In this document: positions 1-9,516 of the stretch, in pieces
Layout of the letters: every line of letters starts with the position of its first letter
How positions within the stretch are numbered: position 1 is the stretch's first letter
Source: Treponema sp.
GTDB lineage: Bacteria; Spirochaetota; Spirochaetia; Treponematales; Treponemataceae
Direction of reading: 5' to 3'
NCBI GenBank assembly: GCA_024400955.1
Contig: JAKSLY010000008.1
Location: 9,115 to 73,114 of the forward strand
DNA: 64,000 bases
Notes under the pieces: model-generated
The model's input: only the letters and a program-made list of their open reading frames with translations
Databases searched by the model: none
Told to the model about the DNA's origin: nothing
Program-made: the position numbers and the translations under genes

Positions 1-98
1 GAGTATTTTTCAAGTTACCATTGCGGTTATTTTTGCCCGATTATGTGCTTATATTGAATAATTTATTTTTAGAGGGTAAGTTATTCATGGGAGACATA

Positions 99-827
99 AT
101 GAATTTAGACAACATAGTGATAGTTCTTGACAGGCCGGAGGAGCCGCGCAACATTGGGGCTGCATGCAGGGCCATGGCAAACAGCAACATAAGGACCATG
201 AGGATTGTCGGAAAAAGGGAAGACATTGACGTTGAGAAGGTTCACGTTCTTGCAATCCACGCGGCATACATTTTTGACAATGCTGAATTCTACGATTCAA
301 TAACCGATGCAGTTGCCGATTGCGTTATGGCTGCAGGAACCACAAGGCGCAAGGGAAAAAAGCGCAAGGGCAAGCTCCTCCTTCCGGAAGAATTTGCCAT
401 GCAGGCTTCCCGCATCACTTCCGGCAAGAAGGGTTCCGGTAAGGTTGCCGTTGTTTTTGGCAATGAGCGTACCGGCCTTGATGACAATGAAATCCTTGAA
501 TGCAACATGGGCGTGACCATTCCTTCCAGCGAGGAATTCGGTTCCCTCAACTTGAGCCATGCCGTCCAGATCATGTGCTATACCCTGTTCCGCACCAGCG
601 ACAAAAAGATGATGGGCTACACTCCGGTGGATTCAAGAAGGCTTAAGAAGACCGTGGACTGCATCAGCGGAAACCTCAAGAAGATGGGGTTCTTCAAGGT
701 TGCAGGCCAGGGTGACATGGAACGGTTCTGGCGCGACATCCTGTCCAGGGCTGCCCTGAGCGAGGGAGAGGCCCAGTATCTTGAAAAGGTTTTTGACAAG
801 ACGGCAGGTCTTTCCGGCAAGTCGTGA
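99..827 (+). CDS. TrmJ/LasT-family SPOUT RNA methyltransferase
   Basis: Motifs RPEEPRNIGAACRAM, VFGNERTGL and SLNLSHAVQI. Start taken at ATG 99 behind GGAG; ATG 87 is an alternative. Confidence 0.85.
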   Translation: MNLDNIVIVLDRPEEPRNIGAACRAMANSNIRTMRIVGKREDIDVEKVHVLAIHAAYIFDNAEFYDSITDAVADCVMAAGTTRRKGKKRKGKLLLPEEFAMQASRITSGKKGSGKVAVVFGNERTGLDDNEILECNMGVTIPSSEEFGSLNLSHAVQIMCYTLFRTSDKKMMGYTPVDSRRLKKTVDCISGNLKKMGFFKVAGQGDMERFWRDILSRAALSEGEAQYLEKVFDKTAGLSGKS

Positions 828-844
828 TTCCTTAAATTCAGTTC

Positions 845-1957
845 CTAATAGTCAAAGAGGTCATCATGGAATATGTCCTCGGCGTCCAGTTCATCCTTGT
901 TTTCTGCAAGGATGCATGAACGTTCTATGCAGTTTTCCAGCTGCCTTATGTTTCCGGGCCACTGCAATGTTTCAAGAAGGAATACTGCCCGGTCCGAAAG
1001 TTTTTTCCCCATGGTCTTTGCCTTTTCCCTGGCGATTTTCTTTATTTCCGGCTTCCTGTGTTCAAGGGGAGGAACCGTAATGGTCAGGATGTTGATCCTC
1101 CAGAAAAGCCCTTCGTCAAATTTGTTTTCCTTTATCAGTTCCGGGATGTTCCTGTTTGTTCCAAAGATGAACCTGCATTTTGCCGTTGACTGCCTGTTGT
1201 CTCCAAGCCTTGTAAATGGTTTCCTGTTTATGGCTCCGAGAAGCTTGCGCTGCTGGGAAAGGCTTAGTTCCGTGATTTCGTTAAGGAAAAGGGTTCCGCT
1301 GCCGGCGTCCATGATTATGCCGTTGGTGTTCTTCGCATCCGTAAATGCTCCCTCGGTGCTTCCAAACAGGGTGGCCTCTATGGTTCCCGGGGCAAATTCT
1401 GCCACATTGCGGTTGTAGAAATTTCCGCTTTTGCAGTGGGCTGAATGGTTGTGTATGTATTCCGCCGTAAAGTCCTTTCCGCTGCCGGATTGTCCGAGGA
1501 GAAGGACGTTGCTGCTGCTCCTGCATGCTGCGCTAACAAGGTTTGCAAAGGACAGCTTGCTTGTGTTCCTGCTTGCCCCCGGGGAATCGAATTCAAGGTA
1601 CGAAGGGGCCTTTATGTGGTAATAGGTGTCATGCCTTTGTTCTTCCGCAAAGCTTTCAAAAAAGGTGGACGGGCTGTCGTTGGTGGAGTCGTAAATGCAG
1701 ATCTGAATCTGGGTCAGCTGTTCAAGGTAAAGGAAGGCCTGGCGGAATTTTCTGCTCCCGGGGAACTCACTGTCTACAAGGGCGGAATCGGCTATGACCA
1801 CGTCGTAGTTCCGTTCTTCCAGGATCTTGTAGTCCATGAGGAATGATTCCGGCGTGACTGTGGAAACGTAGAAAAGCAGGTCCAGCTTTGTCCTGCACAG
1901 ATTGGCAAGGCGGTTGTTCGGGCTGATGACGATGATTTTCTTTAGCTGCCGGATCAT
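845..1957 (-). CDS. sigma54-interaction (bEBP-type AAA+) domain protein, atypical
   Basis: Walker A GQSGSGKD, GAFTDA loop and WPGNIRQLEN. Walker B reads LFLNE and no C-terminal Fis-type HTH is present. Confidence 0.8.
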   Translation of the reverse strand: MIRQLKKIIVISPNNRLANLCRTKLDLLFYVSTVTPESFLMDYKILEERNYDVVIADSALVDSEFPGSRKFRQAFLYLEQLTQIQICIYDSTNDSPSTFFESFAEEQRHDTYYHIKAPSYLEFDSPGASRNTSKLSFANLVSAACRSSSNVLLLGQSGSGKDFTAEYIHNHSAHCKSGNFYNRNVAEFAPGTIEATLFGSTEGAFTDAKNTNGIIMDAGSGTLFLNEITELSLSQQRKLLGAINRKPFTRLGDNRQSTAKCRFIFGTNRNIPELIKENKFDEGLFWRINILTITVPPLEHRKPEIKKIAREKAKTMGKKLSDRAVFLLETLQWPGNIRQLENCIERSCILAENKDELDAEDIFHDDLFDY

Positions 1958-1984
1958 TGGTAAGAAATTCGGTGTGCCCGGGTT

Positions 1985-2725
1985 CTAGTCTTTCTTGAAG
2001 ATCTTAACCCACATGAGCATTGCCTTGTACCACAGGAATGGAATCAGCAGCAGGATCTTTAGGGGGTTTCGGATGATCTCTCCCCAGATTTCCGTGCCGC
2101 GGTCAAAGGTCTTTGGGTTTATGCGGCGGATTCTCTTGCCGAAAATGCCGATGCAGTCGTGGTAGTACATGAAGATGCTTGTTGAGAATTTTTCCCTGTT
2201 CTGGTGGAACCAAAGGTCCTTTTCCCTGATGCCTTCACTCTGCAGGACAAGGGATGGGCTGGACTTCTGGATGGCCTGGATTATTCCCGGCTCGGCTTCC
2301 TTCTTGTAGTAGCCCACGTAACGGCCCACTATGCGAAGACCCCTGAAGGTTTTCTGGACGTTTCTTTCTGCTGCAATGAGGGCCTTTTTTCTTGCCCCGA
2401 AAAGGTAAAGGGACTTGTAGCGGTTTTCAAGGGTTGTAAGTATGCTTATGGATGCCTCGAAGGGATTATAGCGTATGGGAATTGTCTTCTTGAGGCTCTT
2501 TGCTCCCTTGAGTATGCTTTTTGAAATTGGAAGAATCAGGTCTGCCTTCTGGAGGCATTCTGCGTATTCGGCGTTTCTTTTTGCCTTGAGAAGGTCCCAG
2601 ATGGAAAGGAACACGATCTGTGATGGCCCCTGTTTTTCAAGAAGGGAAAGGATTTTCTGTTCAAGATCCGTCTTCGGACATACGTCTACAGGTACTCCGA
2701 GAATTTCAATGCGCTGTACTGACAT
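1985..2725 (-). CDS. WecB/TagA/CpsF family glycosyltransferase
   Basis: N-terminal RIEILGVPVD, ADLILP, LYLFGA and LRIVGRYVGY patterns. ATG 2725 lies behind GAGG. Confidence 0.8.
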   Translation of the reverse strand: MSVQRIEILGVPVDVCPKTDLEQKILSLLEKQGPSQIVFLSIWDLLKAKRNAEYAECLQKADLILPISKSILKGAKSLKKTIPIRYNPFEASISILTTLENRYKSLYLFGARKKALIAAERNVQKTFRGLRIVGRYVGYYKKEAEPGIIQAIQKSSPSLVLQSEGIREKDLWFHQNREKFSTSIFMYYHDCIGIFGKRIRRINPKTFDRGTEIWGEIIRNPLKILLLIPFLWYKAMLMWVKIFKKD

Positions 2726-2785
2726 TTTTTTCCTCAATAATTATCTATCTATCGGCGTAATTGTTTCTCTTATTTAGATATTCAT

Positions 2786-3571
2786 TTATTCATATAGAAG
2801 GGTTTGAAGTGCAGCCGTTCCGTAGAGGGCAGCAGTTTCGCACCGCAGGATGTTTGTCTTTATGTGCACGCTCTGGACTCCGGCATTCTTAAGGGTGCTG
2901 ATTTCCTCCGGCGATATTCCGCCTTCCGCCCCTACAAAAATCGCAGCCTGGGTGGAGCCTTTTTTTCCTTCAAGGGCTGCTGCCATGGAAACCGTTCCCT
3001 TCGACTGTTCGTACAATACCACGGACAGGGGAATGCCTTCCTTTTCCATCATCTTGCATGCCTGTTCCACCGTGACGGGTTCAAGGATTCTTGTGTTTAC
3101 GGGAGAACCGCTTTGTTCCCGGGCCTCCGTTATTATCCTGTTCCACCGGTCATCACCGGGAGATGCCTTTTTTCTTGCAGACTCAATGTTGCCTTTCTGG
3201 CAGAAGGTTCCTTCAACGGGAACTATGCACTGGACTCCGCATTCAACTGCCTGCCTTATGATCAGGTCCATCTTTGGCGGCTTTGCGACAAACTGAAATA
3301 GCCACAGTTTTGCCTGAGGCATGTTCTGTATGGGCCCTGCGTGAAGGTCTTCGACTTTGGGAACCTGGTCCCCTGCAACCTGAAGGATTATCTTCCTTGA
3401 ATCTTCATCGATTTTTGCAACAGTCATGGGTTGCAGCGTGGAATCCAGGAGACGGACATGGATCATGTCGCCAGGCTGAACCCTGAGCACGGAATTAAGA
3501 TAGCGGAATTTTTTCCCTTCAACGGTGAGAATGCCGTTCTCCAATTCCCTTTCTGCAACAAACTGTCTCAT
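2786..3571 (-). CDS. rsmE: 16S rRNA m3U1498 methyltransferase RsmE
   Basis: VLRVQPGD, IIRQAVECGV, EAREQSG, VGAEGG and ILRCETAA motifs. Confidence 0.9.
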   Translation of the reverse strand: MRQFVAERELENGILTVEGKKFRYLNSVLRVQPGDMIHVRLLDSTLQPMTVAKIDEDSRKIILQVAGDQVPKVEDLHAGPIQNMPQAKLWLFQFVAKPPKMDLIIRQAVECGVQCIVPVEGTFCQKGNIESARKKASPGDDRWNRIITEAREQSGSPVNTRILEPVTVEQACKMMEKEGIPLSVVLYEQSKGTVSMAAALEGKKGSTQAAIFVGAEGGISPEEISTLKNAGVQSVHIKTNILRCETAALYGTAALQTLLYE

Positions 3572-3573
3572 TC

Positions 3574-5058
3574 TTATTCACCGGCTGATTCCGACTTGCC
3601 TTCGTTTTCCTTTTCCTCGGCTTCCCTGCGAGCGTACTGCTCCTTGAGGGTTTCCGTAGACTTCATGAGCTTGTTCCAGTTGCCTGAAGAAAGGACTTCC
3701 ACAGCCTTGTTGAGCTGGATGTCGTAGTCCAGGTCGTAGAGCCTTGATGGCTTTGTGCGGTCAACGTGGTTTCTTATGATCTTCCTGAGGAACCAGGGTT
3801 CTATCTTGTATGTCTTCTGGAGGACTTCTGCATAGGCGGCGATTTCCTTTTCCGTCATGTCAGGATGCTCGTCAACGTATTTCTGGATCACATCGTCCTT
3901 TTCCATGCGTTCCCAGTCTGCCTTTCCTTCCTCTGAGAATTCAGGGTAGGAAACAGTCTCGTCCGGCTCGATTCCCTTCTTGTCGATGTTGATGTCCGTT
4001 GGGGAATAGTAGCGGGCAACCGTAATCTTGAATCCGTCGTTGTCCAAAAGTCCGCTCGGTATCTGGACGCTTCCCTTGCCGTAGGTGCGTTCACCCATGA
4101 TGTAGGCTTTCTTTGTGTCCTTGAGGGCTCCCGTAAGGATTTCAGAGGCACTGGCACTTGCGCGGTTTACCAGGACGATTACAGGAAGCTTCCATACAAC
4201 CTTTGGAGTTGCAGGGTAAATCCTGCTGTCTGCGGAAACACGGCTCTTAGTGGATACTATGATTCCCTTGTCGATGAACTTGTCTGCAATGTCAACTGCG
4301 GCAGAAAGAAGTCCGCCACCGTTGGTCCTCAAGTCGATGATTACGCCGTTGATCTTTGGCTCGTTCTTGAATGAATCGAGGGCAGTCTGGACGTCGGCTG
4401 CAGTGGTGGTTGAAAATTCCGAAATGCGGATGTAGCCCGAATTTCCAATCATGCCGTATTTTACCGTAGGGTTTACGATGATGGCCCTTGTAAGTGTGCG
4501 CGTGAACTCAACGGACTTTCTCTTTACCGTAACCACAACGTCTTCGCCAGGAGTTCCGCGAAGGAGTCCGAGGACTTCGTCCATGGTGATTGTGGAAGTG
4601 TCGGTTCCGTCGATCTTTATCAGCAGGTCACCGGGCTGAATTCCGGCCTTTGCACCAGGCGTGTCGTCGATTGGCTGGACAACTTCAACGTAGGCAGGCC
4701 TGTCCTTTGTGTTGATGGTAGGCTTTGTAATCTGGAGGCCAACACCGCCGAAGCTTCCGTTTGTCGTGTCGGAGATGCTTCTCCATTCAGACTTGTCCAT
4801 ATAGACTGAATACGGGTCGTCCAGGGATTCGAACATTCCCCTGAGGGCGCCTTCGTAAAGAATCTGGGGATCCACGTCTTCAACATAGTTCTGCTGGATG
4901 AAGTAGAAGAGCTTGTTAATTATCGAAAGATATGAGTTGGTTTTCTGCTGCTGTATGTCTGCTGAGGGCGTCTGTGACTGGGCAAAGCATTGTGAAGCAA
5001 AGATTGAAACAATAAGGATGTTCACAGGAAGCACGATGTATTTTTTTATTAAATTCAT
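3574..5058 (-). CDS. S41 family carboxyl-terminal processing protease (PDZ + S41)
   Basis: Signal peptide, LDDPYS, FGGVGL PDZ loop, IIDLRTNGGG, SASASEI and TYGKGSVQ. Confidence 0.92.
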   Translation of the reverse strand: MNLIKKYIVLPVNILIVSIFASQCFAQSQTPSADIQQQKTNSYLSIINKLFYFIQQNYVEDVDPQILYEGALRGMFESLDDPYSVYMDKSEWRSISDTTNGSFGGVGLQITKPTINTKDRPAYVEVVQPIDDTPGAKAGIQPGDLLIKIDGTDTSTITMDEVLGLLRGTPGEDVVVTVKRKSVEFTRTLTRAIIVNPTVKYGMIGNSGYIRISEFSTTTAADVQTALDSFKNEPKINGVIIDLRTNGGGLLSAAVDIADKFIDKGIIVSTKSRVSADSRIYPATPKVVWKLPVIVLVNRASASASEILTGALKDTKKAYIMGERTYGKGSVQIPSGLLDNDGFKITVARYYSPTDINIDKKGIEPDETVSYPEFSEEGKADWERMEKDDVIQKYVDEHPDMTEKEIAAYAEVLQKTYKIEPWFLRKIIRNHVDRTKPSRLYDLDYDIQLNKAVEVLSSGNWNKLMKSTETLKEQYARREAEEKENEGKSESAGE

Positions 5059-5183
5059 TTAAATAGTATAAATTATTTTTTTTATGTATTCAATGAAAAT
5101 TTGCATGCAGGGGAATTTGGCCACTGTGGTGAAATTTGGCCGTGCAATTTGTCAGAAATTGGAATTTGTGGTAAAATTGATGA

Positions 5184-6335
5184 ATGCAGATAATACCAGT
5201 AGCCAGTGGTAAGGGTGGAGTTGGAAAAAGTCTTTTGAGTGCCAATTTGGCAGTGGCCTTGGGACAGGCGGGCAAAAAGGTTCTTCTTGCCGACCTTGAC
5301 CTGGGAGCTTCCAACCTTCATCTTGTAATCGGACAGAATGCCTCTAAAAAGGGCCTTGGAACATTTTTGACAGGGCAGAGTTCCTTCAAGGAGCTTATCA
5401 GCCCGACGGATTATGAAAACGTTTGGTTCATTGCCGGGGATTCCGAGATTCCAGGACTTACGTCAATAAAGGCAAGCCAGAAGAACGACCTGATTCATAA
5501 CTTCAGCAAGATGGAAGAGGATTTTGATTACCTTATCCTTGACCTGGGGGCAGGAACCCATCTTACGATTCTTGACATGTTCCTTCTTTCTCCACAGGGA
5601 ATCATCGTTACGGCTCCGACTGTAACTGCCATTCTCAACGGATACCTGTTCCTTAAGAACGTGGTGTTCCGCATGATGTACAACACCTTCAAGAAGACGA
5701 GCCCTGCATACAAGTACCTTGAAAACCTCAAGAAAGATACTGATTCACTGCAGAAGCTTTACATACCAAAGCTCCTGGAACTGTTGGACCAGCAGGATCC
5801 GGCCAGCACCGCCTTGTTCCGCAGGAGGCTTAAGGAATTCCATCCGCGCCTTGTGCTCAACATGATTGACGATCCAAAGGATGCAGACCGTGCCCAGAGA
5901 ATCCGCCGTTCATGCCGCCAGTACCTTGACCTTGACCTTGAACACCTTGGCGTCGTTTACCGCGACACCTTGCAGGACCGTGCCCTTGCTTCAAGGCTTC
6001 CTGTCATCGTTTACAAGCCTCAGTCCGTCATTGCCCAGGCAATCTACCGCGTTGCAGAAAAGATTATTCAGTCTGAAACCCTTGTCTTTGACGAGGATTA
6101 TGACATTACGGAAGCTTCCGACAATTCCTTTGAGATGGCACAGGAAGAAGCAGCAGACGATTTTGCACAGAAGATGGCATACATTGAAGAGCTTGCCGGA
6201 ACCGGTGCCCTTACGCCCGGAGAGCTGGCCGAGACCCTCAAGCAGCAGCAGTATGAAATCGACACCCTTAAAAAGGAAAATACGCTTCTCAAGAAAAAAC
6301 TTCTTGAAGCAGCAGGCCAGGGATTTAAGGTTTGA
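5184..6335 (+). CDS. MinD/FlhG-like P-loop ATPase with C-terminal coiled coil
   Basis: Deviant Walker A SGKGGVGKS, DLDLGASNL and ILDLGAG. Confidence 0.85.
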   Translation: MQIIPVASGKGGVGKSLLSANLAVALGQAGKKVLLADLDLGASNLHLVIGQNASKKGLGTFLTGQSSFKELISPTDYENVWFIAGDSEIPGLTSIKASQKNDLIHNFSKMEEDFDYLILDLGAGTHLTILDMFLLSPQGIIVTAPTVTAILNGYLFLKNVVFRMMYNTFKKTSPAYKYLENLKKDTDSLQKLYIPKLLELLDQQDPASTALFRRRLKEFHPRLVLNMIDDPKDADRAQRIRRSCRQYLDLDLEHLGVVYRDTLQDRALASRLPVIVYKPQSVIAQAIYRVAEKIIQSETLVFDEDYDITEASDNSFEMAQEEAADDFAQKMAYIEELAGTGALTPGELAETLKQQQYEIDTLKKENTLLKKKLLEAAGQGFKV

Positions 6336-6382
6336 GGAACCTGCGGCCGTCAGGCAATTCACTTGAGATTCGGAGTTAAAAA

Positions 6383-7390
6383 ATGAACGCTTTTCTATAT
6401 GTAAACTATCCTTCGTGGATTAAGCCGGAAATTTTTCCCGGAGTTCCACTTCTTGGACTCATACGCTGGTATGGCCTCATGTACATCTTTGCCTTTGGTG
6501 CAGCATTCCTGGTGCTTAAGAGGCTCCTGAAGGAAGGGGCTTTTGACGGCCCTGGTTGCACTGGCATTGAAGAAAACAGGACTACGGAAGATGATGTCGT
6601 AAGCTTTATTTCCATGGGAATCGTTTTTCTCCTGATTGGAGCCCGCGTTTTTTCAACACTGATCTATGATACAAGCGGACTTTACTGGAAGAAGCCCTGG
6701 CTGATTTTCTGGCCCTTTGACCTTGAGACAAAAAGGTTTACGGGGCTTGCAGGAATGTCCTATCACGGCGGATTCATCGGCGGACTCATTGGAATGATTG
6801 TCTGGTGCCGCATTCACAAGAAGCCCTTGTGGCGGTGGATTGATGCCATGTGCATTGCAATTCCCCTTGGGTATACCTTTGGCCGCCTTGGGAATTTCCT
6901 GAATGGTGAGTTATATGGAAGAATTACAACCGTGCCTTGGGGAGTGGTTTTTCCCAGGGCGGAACGCTTTTCTTCCAGCCTGCCATGGGTCAAGGAATTT
7001 GCCGCAGGAATCGGAATGAGTCTTGACGGACAGCGACTTGCAAACCTGCCAAGGCATCCAAGCCAGCTTTACGAGTCCTTTTTTGAAGGAATTTTCCTTT
7101 TTGCAGTTCTCTGGAATTTGCGCAGGGTAAAGAAGTTTGACGGCTTCATTGGCGGAAGCTACACCATCGGTTATGGAATCGTCCGCTTTGTCATTGAATA
7201 CTTCCGCGAGCCTGATGCCGACATCGGTTACAGGATTGCCAGGGACAGCGGTGCGGCCCTTTACACAAACACTTCATTGCTGAACATAAGCACCGGCCAG
7301 ATCCTGTGTTTCCTGATGATTGTTGGTGGAATAGGAATTCTTATGGGAACAAGGATGTGGCAGCGCAGGCTGTCCAATGATTCAGTCTAG
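6383..7390 (+). CDS. lgt: prolipoprotein diacylglyceryl transferase
   Basis: RWYGLMY, GMSYHGGFIG, GRLGNFLNGELYGR, HPSQLYE and EYFREPD. Confidence 0.95.
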   Translation: MNAFLYVNYPSWIKPEIFPGVPLLGLIRWYGLMYIFAFGAAFLVLKRLLKEGAFDGPGCTGIEENRTTEDDVVSFISMGIVFLLIGARVFSTLIYDTSGLYWKKPWLIFWPFDLETKRFTGLAGMSYHGGFIGGLIGMIVWCRIHKKPLWRWIDAMCIAIPLGYTFGRLGNFLNGELYGRITTVPWGVVFPRAERFSSSLPWVKEFAAGIGMSLDGQRLANLPRHPSQLYESFFEGIFLFAVLWNLRRVKKFDGFIGGSYTIGYGIVRFVIEYFREPDADIGYRIARDSGAALYTNTSLLNISTGQILCFLMIVGGIGILMGTRMWQRRLSNDSV

Positions 7391-7429
7391 AAATTGCAAG
7401 TTTAAGGTTTTAGTTAATCGGAGGTTTAC

Positions 7430-7762
7430 ATGAAGTGTCTGTTTGTTCAGGTGAGATATTTTTTGAAGTCGGGCTGCCGCAGCGATTTTTACCAGAAGTT
7501 CAGGGATAACAACATCCGTGAGATGTCCCAGGCGGAAGATGGCAACATTGATTATGAGCTATATCTGCCGCAGGACAGTGAGAACGACATCTGCATCCTG
7601 GAAAAATGGAAGGATATCCACAGTCAGGAAAAGCATGAGCAGACCTTCCACAGTGCAATCCTGGATGAACTTAAGGAAAAGTACGTTAAGAAGATTGAAA
7701 TAAAGAAATACTGGCTTGAACCTTTTGGAGGGGATGAAGCTTCCGATGTTAAGCTGAGGTAG
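7430..7762 (+). CDS. ABM-domain (putative quinol monooxygenase-like) protein
   Basis: 110 aa with EDGNIDYELY...ILEKWKD...HEQTFH pattern; GGAGG RBS upstream. Confidence 0.7.
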   Translation: MKCLFVQVRYFLKSGCRSDFYQKFRDNNIREMSQAEDGNIDYELYLPQDSENDICILEKWKDIHSQEKHEQTFHSAILDELKEKYVKKIEIKKYWLEPFGGDEASDVKLR

Positions 7763-7798
7763 GCTGAATTTTTTAAGATGGTTCTGCTAAAGTGAAAG

Positions 7799-7844
7799 GC
7801 CCCGGGCAGCACTTCTCATGGATATGTGAAGTGCTGCCCGGGGC
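7799..7844. terminator. long GC-rich hairpin between convergent genes (probable bidirectional terminator)
   Basis: GCCCCGGGCAGCACTTC (7799-7815) is the perfect inverse of GAAGTGCTGCCCGGGGC (7828-7844). Confidence 0.7.
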
Positions 7845-7872
7845 TTGCTGTTTATTGCCGGCTTAAGGAAAA

Positions 7873-9321
7873 CTATGCCAGGCTTTCGATGGTCTTAACC
7901 AGGTCGTCAAGCTTTTGGTGGGTGACATTTGGGTTAAGCAGGGTGAACTTAAGGCATACGCGGTGGTCGCTTACTGTCTGGCCCACGACGATTCCGTATT
8001 TGTGGAGCAGCGTTCGGCGCACCTTCTTGTTTGTCTCGTCGTTTTCTTCCGGCGTCCTTGAGTTATCCACAAGGCGGAATACCACGGAAGAAATTTCTGG
8101 TTCCGTTACGACGAAGAATTTTTTGTTTGCCGACACAACTGAATGGAAGTAGCGGGCGTTATCCATGACCTTTGTGATGATGTCGCTCCAGCCGTCTTTT
8201 CCTCGGGCAAGGAAGCTCATCCATACCTTGAGGGCATCAAAGCGGCGTGTTGTCTGAAGGCTCTTGTCCACAAGGTTTGTGTATCCGTCTTCTTCGTCTT
8301 CCTCGCGGTTAAGGTAGTCTGCGTGGATGGTGAGGGCGTCAAAGCTGCTTCCGTCCTTTACGAGGACTGCACTTGAGCTGATGTTTAGGAGGAACATCTT
8401 GTGGAAGTCCACAGTGATGGAATCGCACAGGTGGAAGTCTGCAACCGAGTCCTTGTATTTTTCTGAAAGAATTACACCGCTTCCGTATGCACCGTCTGCG
8501 TGGAGCCACATGTTGTGCCTGTCGCAAAGAGCGCGGATTTTTGCCATCGGGTCTATTGAACCAAAGTCCGTGGTTCCAACTGTGGCAACGACAAGGAACG
8601 GAATGTTTCCGTTTCTGACATCCTCTTCCACAAGTTTTTCAAGGGCTGCAAAGTCCATCTGCTTTTTTTCATTTACAGGAACCTTTACCACGCTTTCGTA
8701 GCCAAGTCCCAGGATGTGGGCTGACTTTTCCATGGAGAAGTGGCTGATGCAGCTTGTGTACATGCGCATCTTCCTGAAGTTTTCCGGCAGGCCGAATTTC
8801 TTTACGTCATGGTGCAGCACATTGTTGCAGAACCAGTCGCGGGCCAGGATGATGGCTGTCTGGTTTGACTGGCTGCCGCCACTGGTGAAAACTCCGTCGG
8901 CATCTTTACCGTAGCCGTAGAGGGCGCATAGATGGTTTGTTACGTCAACTTCGATTTCCGTGGCGGCAGGGGCCTGGTCCCAGCTGTCCATGCTCTGGTT
9001 GAATGCGCTTATGATCTGCTCGGCTGCGAGGCTTTCCATGAGGGCAGGGGAATGAAGGTGAGGCATGTAGTCCGTTGAGGAAGGACGGAGCATGTTTGGC
9101 AGGATCTTTTTCTTTGCCATGTCCAGGACTGCATCGAAGCCCAGGCCTTTTTCCGGAAGGATGGAATCCATGTGGATGGCTTCCTTAAGTTCCATGGGCT
9201 CGGGGCCGGTGTAGGCCTTGCTGTTGTCAAAGGAGTCCAGGATGGCAGCGGCTGTCTTTGCCATCATTGATGAGTACAGTTCCTTGTCTGTTTCTGAGTC
9301 TGTAAGAAAGTAATTGTCCAT
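7873..9321 (-). CDS. ddc: group II PLP-dependent decarboxylase, probable L-2,4-diaminobutyrate decarboxylase
   Basis: NQSMDSWDQAPAAT, FTSGGSQSN, TVGTTDFGSID, HADGAYG, DSITVDFHK (PLP Lys) and SLQTTRRFDALK. Directly downstream of dat. Confidence 0.85.
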   Translation of the reverse strand: MDNYFLTDSETDKELYSSMMAKTAAAILDSFDNSKAYTGPEPMELKEAIHMDSILPEKGLGFDAVLDMAKKKILPNMLRPSSTDYMPHLHSPALMESLAAEQIISAFNQSMDSWDQAPAATEIEVDVTNHLCALYGYGKDADGVFTSGGSQSNQTAIILARDWFCNNVLHHDVKKFGLPENFRKMRMYTSCISHFSMEKSAHILGLGYESVVKVPVNEKKQMDFAALEKLVEEDVRNGNIPFLVVATVGTTDFGSIDPMAKIRALCDRHNMWLHADGAYGSGVILSEKYKDSVADFHLCDSITVDFHKMFLLNISSSAVLVKDGSSFDALTIHADYLNREEDEEDGYTNLVDKSLQTTRRFDALKVWMSFLARGKDGWSDIITKVMDNARYFHSVVSANKKFFVVTEPEISSVVFRLVDNSRTPEENDETNKKVRRTLLHKYGIVVGQTVSDHRVCLKFTLLNPNVTHQKLDDLVKTIESLA

Positions 9322-9417
9322 GTTCTGTCACCATGTAAAAAAATACCCTCCGGCGAGCGAAACGCGAGAGGGATTGTTGGGCACCTTCAAAAAATCTGTT
9401 ATTTTTTTCCGGTGCCA

Positions 9418-9484
9418 TGCTTGTGCCGGGGCACAAGCAGTTCTTTGGGGTGATAATCACTAAAAACTGAAGTTTTTAGTGATT
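9418..9484. repeat. two tight perfect palindromes in the dat-ddc spacer
   Basis: TGCTTGTGCC-GG-GGCACAAGCA (9418-9439) and AATCACTAAAAACT-GA-AGTTTTTAGTGATT (9455-9484). Confidence 0.7.
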
Positions 9485-9516
9485 TCCTTATGGGTGGCTG
9501 CGGAGCAGAATTGATT

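Noticed and set aside
8063-8071. Perfect DnaA box TTATCCACA
   Set aside because: Single copy inside ddc, with no box cluster, AT-rich unwinding element or dnaA nearby.
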